Translations under genes and position numbers: made by a program
Notes under the pieces: model-generated
The model's input: the letters and a program-made list of their open reading frames with translations, nothing else
Databases searched by the model: none
Told to the model about the DNA's origin: nothing
In this document: positions 29,252-38,010 of the stretch, piece by piece
How positions within the stretch are numbered: the first letter of the stretch is position 1
Layout: each line of letters begins with the position of its first letter
Origin: a virus
Lineage: Duplodnaviria > Caudoviricetes
Strand: one strand, 5' to 3'
Length of the DNA: 64,000 nt
Virus record (IMG/VR): IMGVR_UViG_3300027863_000030
Coordinates: 1-64,000 of that record

Positions 29252-32200
29252 TACCGCAATCTCCAAAGCAAGGTCCGCCGACACAATCTCCAGGAGGTGT
29301 ACTTTGCTGAACATAAACTGAGCAAGAATTTGAGTACTTGGTCATTCCACTAGTTACTGCCGTGCAAGAAAACTTGATTGTATATGTTCCGTAAGCAGTC
29401 CCAGAAGGAATGACTAAATAGGTAGTGAAGTTCTTGGTTGAGGAGACGTTTGTGCTTGTTTGGGATAAGTACCAACTGCTTGGCGCTCCCGACAACCCAA
29501 TTGTAACCGAACCTGTGTATCTCACCGGTGTCAAAGTTAAGGTAACAGGAACCGAGGTTCCTGGTTCTGCATATAAGTAGGAAGGACCAGAGATAGAAAC
29601 TTTCGATTGGGGCATAACTGTAATCTGGACATTTTGTTGTTGTGTAATTGAGCCTGAGATTGCTGTGATTCCAAGAGTAGCATACACGGTGGTTTCATTG
29701 GTTACTGTTCCAGTTCCAGTCTGGACTCGAAGAGTAACACTCCTGGAAGATCCGGCGCTTGTCAAAATAACAATATTTTGCGAGCTACCATTTCCACCTA
29801 TGAAACCAAATGAGGTATCGTACAATGTTCCAGAAACGACTGCGCAAGACAAGGTAATGGTTCCTGTAAATGAGCCTACCGACGTTAACGTTACTGTATA
29901 ATCATAGTACTGAGTTTCATAGATCTGAGCGTTCGTTGGAGATACTGACAGGGAGAAATTTGAGACTGCCGCGGCTGTCACCTGTAGTGTGACAGAGCAA
30001 TCCGAGGTAATTCCTTCGCTTGTTCCCCTAAAGGTCAAGGAGTAAGTCCCAACTGCTGCTGAGCTACCTACTGAGATGGTAATCTGACCACTTGGTGATG
30101 TGTAGGGAATCGTGATACTGTTAATGGTTACATTACTGGGTGGATTTAAGCAAGAGACGGTTACAGACTTATTAAATGTTCCATATTTGCTTACGTAAAT
30201 GGTGGTTGTGGAACTTTGTCCTTGTGGGATACTTAATGAAGATGGCGATGCGCTAATGCTAAACCCACTCGCTGTGTCTTGGATGGTTAGGGTTAAGGTT
30301 GCGGTTCTAGATATCTGGCCGCTCGTTCCCGTAACGGTAATTTGGGTTGTTTGAGGCGTGACAGAATTTGCTACCTGAATTATAAGAGATGCGGTTTGAA
30401 TCGCAGTTCCATTTAAAGATACCGAACTTGGACTTGGGGTTATGGTCACTCCTGAAACTGGACAAGTTGCTACTAAGGTAACAATTCCAGTAAAGCCAGA
30501 TATGCTGGGAGTTATATATACGTAAGAATATGTTTGTTGGCTTCCTCTCTCAACGGTTACTGCCGAAGGGCTACAAGAAAGCGTGAAGTCAGATGGAACC
30601 GATGACTTAACTTCTATGGGAATAGTCACAGTTTTGTTTGTAATGCCCGTTGCGCTAGCGGTTAGGGTCATCGAGGTTGAACCTACGTTATTGCTTGCGG
30701 TGACCGTTACCTGGACCTGTTCGACATTCGTACTATCAATAACAACGAAAGTAGAACTAAGCTGCGCAGAGGCATATGCGGCGTTGGGTGGGGTGGATAT
30801 TGCTAAATTAACCGTTCCTGTGAATCCATTTACTGGTGCGATGCTTAGCAGGATTGTTCTTGTAGAGTTCTGAACTAAACTTAATGATGTCGGAGAAGCG
30901 GTAAAGAGAATATCTTTTGGTTGAGATGGAGCCGAAGCCACTCTAATAGAAAATGTGGTGCTAGCAGAATGTTCTGTCCCATTAATGAAGGTTGATGCTT
31001 TTATGGTTGTTTGAAATGTTCCCACAATATTAATGGGGGTGTGGGAAAGGGATGCGGAGATTGTCATACTTGTTCCGGAAAAATAAATACTCCCAGGATT
31101 AATGACTGCTGTGGCCCCAGAAAACTCGCTAAGAAATTGAAGATTAACAGTTCCGCTCCAACCATTGGCTCTTGTATTGGTTAAGGTTAAAGAAACAGAA
31201 GATGTTATCTGATTTCCAACCACCGCATCTATAAAGGTTGGAGAACAAGTTAGAAGAAATTCTGGATGGTCTGGAACTTGTGCCTGAGTAGAAACCACTG
31301 CTGTTATATCTCCAGTGGCCGATTGTAAAGATCCACTAGTCCCCTTGATTTTTATCGTATAGCTTCCATCTGGAATTCCAGATGAACAAGAGATTGCCAA
31401 GGTCTGGGTTACCGGGTTTGTTACCCCCGAGGTAATAGATATGGTTGTGGGCGTGAGTGAGAAACGATTTTCTGCACTCCCATCACTTTTTATGATACTT
31501 AGTTGGATAAGACCAGCAAAACCATTAACTGGAGTGACCGTTAAGGAAAGAGACGCGGTTCCAGATTGGCCACTAGGTCTTCTTATATCAATCGTAGAGG
31601 GTGCGGAGAGGGTGAAGTATGGCGATGTTTGGTGTGTTAAGGTATAGAGCCATTGGTCGAGTTTACAGATGGCAGTCTCTAGAGGATCACCATCATCAAT
31701 GTAATGATTGCTACAGTAATCGGTGGTTTCATCATCTAAGTCATCCATGCCTGTGAAGGCAAGCATAGATCTGAACCCTCTTCCAATTGCAGAATCAAGC
31801 TTGGAGATTGCAGTTTCTAGAGAATCACCATCAAGAATATAATTGTTGCTTGTATAATCTGGGGTGCTATCAAAGAGGTCATCCATTCCTACAAATTGAC
31901 GAATGGCCTCTAAGTTATCTAAGACAGAATCTAAGGTGCCTAGTTTTTGGTCAAGTTTTGAAATGGCAATCGTAAGAGAATCTCCAATATCAATGTAATT
32001 GGTGCTCGTATAATCCGGACTTGCGTCATAGGCATCGGCCATTCCAGAAAATTGTCGAATAGTAGTTAGATGGTTTTGGATGGTAAATGGCAATTTCTTA
32101 AGACCATCGTGGAGTCTTGTAGGGTTATCGTACATATCTTTAAATAGAGTATCGATATCTTTATCTGCATAGTATCCACGCAAGTAATCTATTGGGTTCT

Positions 32201-33188
32201 TTGGGTCTGGATTAAAGATTATTGTAATCGTTCCGTCTTGACTTGACGTAGAATCTGTGAGGGCTTCTCCTACATATTGGGCAATCTCGGCTGGAGCATT
32301 AGGTGTGACTCGGCCTGGTTGGGTGCTAGATAAGAAAAGCGAATCTCCCGCGTTGCATTCAACTCCAGTTTCTAGTTTGATGCCTGAGACTTTTCCCAAA
32401 ATTTGACCAATGCCTACCGGAAGATCTCCAATTGAGATAGCAACTGCTAAGGCACAAGTTTCTGGTTCTGTAGCTATGGCAGGATAGGCCTTTCCTTCAG
32501 CCCCAATGTAAACTAAGTCGTTAAGAGAGCAATGGCTGGTGTCTAGGGGTATTTTTGCCGGGTCAAATGGGAGCCATCCATCTGGGCCACCATACCAGAT
32601 AGTTTTCGAAGACATAACATAGACCAGTCGGGCTTCGTCTCTAACTTGGTCAAATTCGGGTAAGTAGGGCTCAGCGCTAAAGTAATATGGAGCAAATTCC
32701 CTTTTTATAGTTGGGTTACTAGGATACCAATCATGGAGACTGGAAATTACCATACTGGTTCCATCGAAAATAACATAGGCTGCCTTTAAGAACATCATAG
32801 AGTTTAGAAGATTATGCTGATTGGGATCTAGAACTGTAATTCTGGCTTGCGGAGCTGGTCTTGCTTTTTGGTAGGTGTAATCGAGACAAACAAAATAGTA
32901 TCCAACTTTATTGAAGTTTCCGCCAACTGGATAGAAATCGACGTTATTAAAATCGACTTCATAATCTTGTTTAATCCAGATTAAGACGTTATCTTTAATA
33001 CAAAATCCACTTGTAACTATGACTTTGCTTTCTGGGTTTGTTGTATGTGGAATGACATCTAGGGCTCTAGGTTGAAGGATACAGTCTTTTCCTTTTGTGA
33101 CAACCCGGACTAGTTGGTTAACTACGTTGGAATGGTAAGAGGCAAATGGATCAACCGCTCGTTCTTGGTAAAGAGTGGGAATTGCCAT
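29244..33188 (-). CDS. Large tail fibre/adhesin with about six Ig-like repeats and a Cys-rich C-terminal tail
   Basis: Three DYxSxxYIxxGDxLxxAIxKLD repeats; ~105-aa F-x-L-S-x-S-P...GFxGxVxL Ser/Thr-rich repeats; ends PPGDCVGGPCFGDCGSD. Confidence 0.8.
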   Translation of the reverse strand: MAIPTLYQERAVDPFASYHSNVVNQLVRVVTKGKDCILQPRALDVIPHTTNPESKVIVTSGFCIKDNVLIWIKQDYEVDFNNVDFYPVGGNFNKVGYYFVCLDYTYQKARPAPQARITVLDPNQHNLLNSMMFLKAAYVIFDGTSMVISSLHDWYPSNPTIKREFAPYYFSAEPYLPEFDQVRDEARLVYVMSSKTIWYGGPDGWLPFDPAKIPLDTSHCSLNDLVYIGAEGKAYPAIATEPETCALAVAISIGDLPVGIGQILGKVSGIKLETGVECNAGDSLFLSSTQPGRVTPNAPAEIAQYVGEALTDSTSSQDGTITIIFNPDPKNPIDYLRGYYADKDIDTLFKDMYDNPTRLHDGLKKLPFTIQNHLTTIRQFSGMADAYDASPDYTSTNYIDIGDSLTIAISKLDQKLGTLDSVLDNLEAIRQFVGMDDLFDSTPDYTSNNYILDGDSLETAISKLDSAIGRGFRSMLAFTGMDDLDDETTDYCSNHYIDDGDPLETAICKLDQWLYTLTHQTSPYFTLSAPSTIDIRRPSGQSGTASLSLTVTPVNGFAGLIQLSIIKSDGSAENRFSLTPTTISITSGVTNPVTQTLAISCSSGIPDGSYTIKIKGTSGSLQSATGDITAVVSTQAQVPDHPEFLLTCSPTFIDAVVGNQITSSVSLTLTNTRANGWSGTVNLQFLSEFSGATAVINPGSIYFSGTSMTISASLSHTPINIVGTFQTTIKASTFINGTEHSASTTFSIRVASAPSQPKDILFTASPTSLSLVQNSTRTILLSIAPVNGFTGTVNLAISTPPNAAYASAQLSSTFVVIDSTNVEQVQVTVTASNNVGSTSMTLTASATGITNKTVTIPIEVKSSVPSDFTLSCSPSAVTVERGSQQTYSYVYITPSISGFTGIVTLVATCPVSGVTITPSPSSVSLNGTAIQTASLIIQVANSVTPQTTQITVTGTSGQISRTATLTLTIQDTASGFSISASPSSLSIPQGQSSTTTIYVSKYGTFNKSVTVSCLNPPSNVTINSITIPYTSPSGQITISVGSSAAVGTYSLTFRGTSEGITSDCSVTLQVTAAAVSNFSLSVSPTNAQIYETQYYDYTVTLTSVGSFTGTITLSCAVVSGTLYDTSFGFIGGNGSSQNIVILTSAGSSRSVTLRVQTGTGTVTNETTVYATLGITAISGSITQQQNVQITVMPQSKVSISGPSYLYAEPGTSVPVTLTLTPVRYTGSVTIGLSGAPSSWYLSQTSTNVSSTKNFTTYLVIPSGTAYGTYTIKFSCTAVTSGMTKYSNSCSVYVQQSTPPGDCVGGPCFGDCGSD

Positions 33189-33278
33189 CTATAACCCCTC
33201 CAGATATATCATCACAATTCGGAAAGAGAATTGTTTTGTTACGCAAATTAATTGCTAAAACCATGAAAAGACTAGATC

Positions 33279-34028
33279 TTAAAATTTGTTCAGAAAGTTC
33301 TTGTTTCTAAGGGCTTGTGGAATGAACTTATATAAATCATCTTCGTCTTCTATTTGGTAAACTCGCCATGCGTCTTTACTCAATTCGTTAATGACTAAAC
33401 CAGAAACTGGGTTCCTATAATGATTGGACCACGGAGCAAAACAAATCATAATGGCTACCCGATACATTCTAGATACAAAATCAAACCATATATCATAAAC
33501 TACTGTTCTTGACGAACTTAGTTTTAAGATTCGATAGTCTTGCTCCAGGTCCGGATATATGTTTTGTTTTAGAATGTTGTAAAGTTGCGTCTTTCCTGGA
33601 TCACACTGGGTTTTGAGTTTATGCTTTTCATATCGAATCTGAGTTTCCATATTTTCGCCGCTAAAATAGAACGCATCTATTTTGCTTTGTATATCTTTTT
33701 CTAGAATTTCTATTTCGGGAATACTGATGTTTGTTTTGGATGAGTTAGTAAAAATGTTTCGGTCTTGTAAGAAAGTTTCGTCTGTGATAAGTTCTTTGTT
33801 AGAAAGAGATTTAGGAGAATCAGAAGGTTGGGAAGATTGAACCGGATCTTTCTTTAAGTGCGATATGCTTTGTTTTCTTTTAAATTCTTCGGAAACCAGG
33901 GGAGCATCTGGATACATCTGTAAGTACTGGGCGGAAGTTATTAGGTGAGCCCTAAAAAGATGATTAGCAAGAGTTGTATATCTTTTTCCGCAAATCTTAC
34001 ATTCTACGGTCTCTAGATCTTTTTCCAT
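33279..34028 (-). CDS. C2H2 zinc-finger protein with putative Vsr/DUF559-like nuclease domain
   Basis: CKICGKRYTTLANHLFRAH..YLQMYPDAPL; C-terminal FDFV..RVAI...WSNH...WRVYQI. Confidence 0.55.
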   Translation of the reverse strand: MEKDLETVECKICGKRYTTLANHLFRAHLITSAQYLQMYPDAPLVSEEFKRKQSISHLKKDPVQSSQPSDSPKSLSNKELITDETFLQDRNIFTNSSKTNISIPEIEILEKDIQSKIDAFYFSGENMETQIRYEKHKLKTQCDPGKTQLYNILKQNIYPDLEQDYRILKLSSSRTVVYDIWFDFVSRMYRVAIMICFAPWSNHYRNPVSGLVINELSKDAWRVYQIEDEDDLYKFIPQALRNKNFLNKF

Positions 34029-34110
34029 CGTTCTTTTTCCTTTTGTTATTTTTTGGAATATTGTTCATGAATTTTAGTTGGTGGGTGGGTTTGAAACTTT
34101 CTAATGGACC

Positions 34111-34163
34111 AAAAAAATTAACCCCGAGTCTTCCCTACTAGCAAAAAGGGAAGACTCGGGGTT
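34111..34163 (-). terminator. Rho-independent terminator after the major capsid gene
   Basis: 16-bp stem AACCCCGAGTCTTCCC/GGGAAGACTCGGGGTT followed by a T7 tract on the minus strand. Confidence 0.85.
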
Positions 34164-34207
34164 GTAACTAACACTACTTAGTTATCAACCAAATATGTTT
34201 ACTAGTA

Positions 34208-35662
34208 CTAAGTGGTGATGGTAAGAGCAGCAATTCCAGCCACACGAACCAGAGCGGTTGCATAACGGCTCAAGATTGTGAGGCTGGGCTTTGGTCCTAG
34301 TGGATAAGGGTGCAAAATAGCCGGAACATATGGTGCATAGAAATAAATTGCCTTCATTTCTTCAACTGGCTTGTAAACCAGAATCATCTTTCCAGAAGGA
34401 ACAACTGAGCTGGTTAAAATTCTCCATTTCCCACCTGCTACGGTGGCTGCTCGATAACCTACATCACCATCATTGTCAGAGGTACCTGTGTATGCGAATC
34501 CATTCAAGGACTCAAAGATGGAAGCATCCAACGGGTTGCAAAGAATAACATTAGCCGCTCCTATATTTGTGTCGTTGTAGACCTGAGCGGACAGAGCATT
34601 TAACTTGGGAAGAATGTTTTCAAACCAATACTTCTGACCCCAAGCATATCCCGTAGGAGGAGTTTTTGAGAAGCTATCAGTATGGCTTGATGGATTTAGC
34701 ATAGAGTTGGCAGTTGAAAGGCTATCAATTATCTCTCTATCAATATCAAGAGCAATCTGCTGACCTAACAAGTTAACCAGCTCAGCCTGGACAGAAAGAT
34801 CCAAGAGGGCCCTTAAGTCCTGCTCCAAGTTGATCGACCATTCAGTGGAGATCTGACGGTCTTTGGCATAGAGCCTGACCTTATCTGCGTAGAGTTTGGT
34901 TTTGGGGTTAACCTTGTTTTCCTCTAGGGAGCAAGTTACTGAGTAACGAACACTTGTAACAACCCCGGTAGTCGAAGAAATGCTCACGGTTCCTTTCAGG
35001 TAGTTCACGGCTCCAACCAGAACGTCGGAACTAGTTCCAATTGTAACTGCCTGGGAGAAGCGACCCTCAACATCAGGAATAATATTTGTATCAACCCAGG
35101 TTGTCCCATCAGATACGCCACTGATAACGAAGTCTCTTTCGAGATGCGCATCAGCGTCTGTTAGAGTCAGGATAGCAAGAACGTCTGTAGTTGATGGAAC
35201 GTTCATTGTAGCAGCCACAGGGGTTCCAACTGCCGGTCCGCCAGAGATACCGACTCTGGCAGGAGAGGGCATTGCGGGCGCCCCGTACTCTATAGTTTCC
35301 CCATGTCGACTAAAGGTAGCGGTAATGAATGTTTTGATGGCTTCAGGCTTATCAATAGGCGAAACGGTTACTGCCTCCTTGGCCACTAGCTTAGGGTAGA
35401 AAACTCGAAGAATAGGCAAAGTAAGAACTTCGTAAGGATTAATCTGGAACATAGAGTTCTCTAACAAGTTCTGACGAGTGTTCTCCGCCAGCAAGGTGAA
35501 GGCCTTAGCATCATTCTTGTTAAGACCTTCCGACAGGGATTTTACATAGCTTGCGAAGGCCCTGTCATCCAAGATTACCCTCTTAAAATTGCCGGGCTTA
35601 GTAGGATCAATGCCCGACATCTTCTTGGTGAACTTTGCGCTTTCAATAAGTAGCTCTTTCAT
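34208..35662 (-). CDS. Major capsid protein (T4 gp23-like)
   Basis: LPILRVFYPKLVA, TEWSINLEQDL, QIALDIDREI, YFYAPYVP, SRYA. Confidence 0.93.
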   Translation of the reverse strand: MKELLIESAKFTKKMSGIDPTKPGNFKRVILDDRAFASYVKSLSEGLNKNDAKAFTLLAENTRQNLLENSMFQINPYEVLTLPILRVFYPKLVAKEAVTVSPIDKPEAIKTFITATFSRHGETIEYGAPAMPSPARVGISGGPAVGTPVAATMNVPSTTDVLAILTLTDADAHLERDFVISGVSDGTTWVDTNIIPDVEGRFSQAVTIGTSSDVLVGAVNYLKGTVSISSTTGVVTSVRYSVTCSLEENKVNPKTKLYADKVRLYAKDRQISTEWSINLEQDLRALLDLSVQAELVNLLGQQIALDIDREIIDSLSTANSMLNPSSHTDSFSKTPPTGYAWGQKYWFENILPKLNALSAQVYNDTNIGAANVILCNPLDASIFESLNGFAYTGTSDNDGDVGYRAATVAGGKWRILTSSVVPSGKMILVYKPVEEMKAIYFYAPYVPAILHPYPLGPKPSLTILSRYATALVRVAGIAALTITT

Positions 35663-35698
35663 TTTATAATCTAACCTCCTTTTTTAACTGTGGTTAAC

Positions 35699-36151
35699 TT
35701 ATTTTGAGTATAAGTCTTTCCAGTCTTTATGTTTTTCTTTATTGGAAAGACCAGGAACTCCAAAGTTTTTCTTTAAGAATGCCTCATAGTAATTCGATAA
35801 TTCTATATTACTTAGCGAGTCTAAATTCTTTAGAAAATTCTTGCTCATTGCTAAGAAATCTTCGTTAAAAACTAATCCGAAAGAGCCTGCTTCGGAAATT
35901 CTATATAGGATATCTTTTATCTTTCTCTCTCGATCTAAATCTTCCCTAGCTTTGTCTAGAGTTTTTCTAGCTTCTGCTAGTTGTTTTAGTTTTTCTTTTA
36001 GATTTCTTCTTTCTTTGATTAGAGTTTTCTTCTTATTGCTATACTCTGAATCTAAGAAAGAAGCAACATATTCTAGAAGATCTCTTGAAATTTTTCCAGA
36101 AAGATCTTCCTTATTCTCTCCGCTTGGAATAGGTGTTATTTCTATCTTCAT
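35699..36151 (-). CDS. Coiled-coil head-module protein (scaffold-like)
   Basis: Lies between the protease and capsid genes. Confidence 0.55.
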   Translation of the reverse strand: MKIEITPIPSGENKEDLSGKISRDLLEYVASFLDSEYSNKKKTLIKERRNLKEKLKQLAEARKTLDKAREDLDRERKIKDILYRISEAGSFGLVFNEDFLAMSKNFLKNLDSLSNIELSNYYEAFLKKNFGVPGLSNKEKHKDWKDLYSK

Positions 36152-36164
36152 TTCACATATTTCC

Positions 36165-36485
36165 TTATTCTTTTGAGAATTGTTGAATTTGTTTCAGTAA
36201 AGAATCTCTTATAGATTGATTCTTTTCTCTTTCTTGTATAGCCGTTTCCTGAAACTTTTTTGAAAGATTATTTGCATCTGAAATCATCTTATCTACTTTC
36301 TTGACTCTTTTTCTTAGAGCTTCCAGTTCAGAATCCAAATTCGTTATTAGGGCCTGAAGTTCTTTTTGTCCTTTTGGATGGTCTTTAAAGAAACTTAGCA
36401 ACTTCGATCCAAAAAGAACGAAAAAATTCTGCTTATTTAAGATTTGTTCAAATCTTTTGTCATGAAAGTCAGTTTCAATTTTCAT
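36165..36485 (-). CDS. Coiled-coil hypothetical protein
   Basis: ORF in the head operon. Confidence 0.55.
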   Translation of the reverse strand: MKIETDFHDKRFEQILNKQNFFVLFGSKLLSFFKDHPKGQKELQALITNLDSELEALRKRVKKVDKMISDANNLSKKFQETAIQEREKNQSIRDSLLKQIQQFSKE

Positions 36486-36550
36486 TTTTGGCTGTCCCTC
36501 GAAAAAGTTCTGAACTTTCTATCATAGTTCTAATCTATTTCTCAAAAAGA

Positions 36551-37210
36551 TTAGATCCACTTCTTTTCAAACCGAATAATGCCTTTTCTCACCAACATAT
36601 CAAAATAGTCTGGAAGATAGCACTTGCCATCTTTGCATACAAGACCAGAAGCACTTTCTTGGATTCTAGTTACATTTTCAAATGTTACCTCTTTTACTAG
36701 GGCTTCTGAATGAGAAGGTTTTTGGACCATATCATACGTTATAATAACTAGCGGATCCAAAACTACTTTGTAGTTTCCTCGATCTTCTAAATCTCCAAAT
36801 CCTCTCATACTTGTTCCAATTTCCGTTTTAGCCCTAAGTAAGCTAGATAAGATTCTTCCTTTGGGGGTGGGAAGAGTTTCCATTAATCCCCATACTTGGT
36901 TTCCTCTCCATTCATAATCTAAGATCAAGTGAGATGCTTCGGATAGAAGGACCGTTGTCTGTCGAACTTCGTCAAACGCCTCATTTCCCGTGGGAATGGG
37001 ATGGTCAAGTTCTCCCATCTTTCCTCGTTTAAGCATGTCTCTTTTACATTCTCTAAGACCCCTCTCTAGAACGGATCTTGGATACATCCTTTTGTTTGCG
37101 TTAATCTCATCTGCGGTTTGTAAGATTGCCTTAAAGACAACTTTATTATCTTTATCTGATTTGTACTCAATTTTTGGCATCTGAGCAATTGCTGACTCAA
37201 TAATTAGCAT
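36551..37210 (-). CDS. Prohead core protease (T4 gp21-like)
   Basis: NANKRMYP, GELDHP, SH, TPKGRI, GTSMRGFG, YDMVQKPS. Confidence 0.92.
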   Translation of the reverse strand: MLIIESAIAQMPKIEYKSDKDNKVVFKAILQTADEINANKRMYPRSVLERGLRECKRDMLKRGKMGELDHPIPTGNEAFDEVRQTTVLLSEASHLILDYEWRGNQVWGLMETLPTPKGRILSSLLRAKTEIGTSMRGFGDLEDRGNYKVVLDPLVIITYDMVQKPSHSEALVKEVTFENVTRIQESASGLVCKDGKCYLPDYFDMLVRKGIIRFEKKWI

Positions 37211-37212
37211 TG

Positions 37213-37983
37213 TTACGTTCCCTCCATAGGAAAAGTAGAACTAATATTGAATTCGATAGGATCTGATGCTTTGTTTTCTATCCTGTCTAATTCGTTTTTC
37301 TGGTAGTTTTCTTTCGATTCTTCTCTATTTTTTTCTTCTTTCTTTTGATAGAAGAATAGTATAAGCTTAGATATGTAGGTTATAAATCTATAGAACTCAG
37401 CAATGATTAATGGCATTCTGTTTATATAGATCGTAAAGTTCAATGAAACAATGGTTAGAAGCTGGATTGCTTCTGTGACCATATTTTTTAGATATCGGAT
37501 TTGAGCAAATTGGGTAGTGTCAATAAGAGATTCTAATTCAACCAGTTTTGTATAGATTTTTCTTAGTTCAAACATGTAGGAAAGAGATTTTCTTCGTTGT
37601 TCTTCTGGATCTTCAAATTCAGACCCTCCCATCATCATTGGGTCTTGATTGGGAGGCGGCATCGAACCTCCTTCGTTTTCTTCTCCTCCCATAGGAAGGG
37701 GACTAGTGTCGCTGCCACCACCGTAAAGATTTGGCTCTGGCATAGTATCTGGTGGACCAATCGGTGGTGACCCCCCAGCTGCAGCAACATCGGAACTGGG
37801 ATCCATAGTAGTACTAGGAGGAGGATAGGGGGTCCCTCTAGGGGGAATTTGCTCATATAAAAGGTGCCAAATTGGATCTAGAAACTCGTAATATATTCCA
37901 GTTTGCATCAATGACCCATATTCTGATAGTAAGTTAGGATCCCACTCACCTTTGGTTATATCAAAAGATGGTTTTTGGTTCAT
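37213..37983 (-). CDS. Pro/Gly/Met-rich hypothetical head-module protein
   Basis: Lies between the portal and protease genes. Confidence 0.6.
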   Translation of the reverse strand: MNQKPSFDITKGEWDPNLLSEYGSLMQTGIYYEFLDPIWHLLYEQIPPRGTPYPPPSTTMDPSSDVAAAGGSPPIGPPDTMPEPNLYGGGSDTSPLPMGGEENEGGSMPPPNQDPMMMGGSEFEDPEEQRRKSLSYMFELRKIYTKLVELESLIDTTQFAQIRYLKNMVTEAIQLLTIVSLNFTIYINRMPLIIAEFYRFITYISKLILFFYQKKEEKNREESKENYQKNELDRIENKASDPIEFNISSTFPMEGT

Positions 37984-38010
37984 ATCTCTATAGTTTGCTC
38001 CTAGCTCGAT

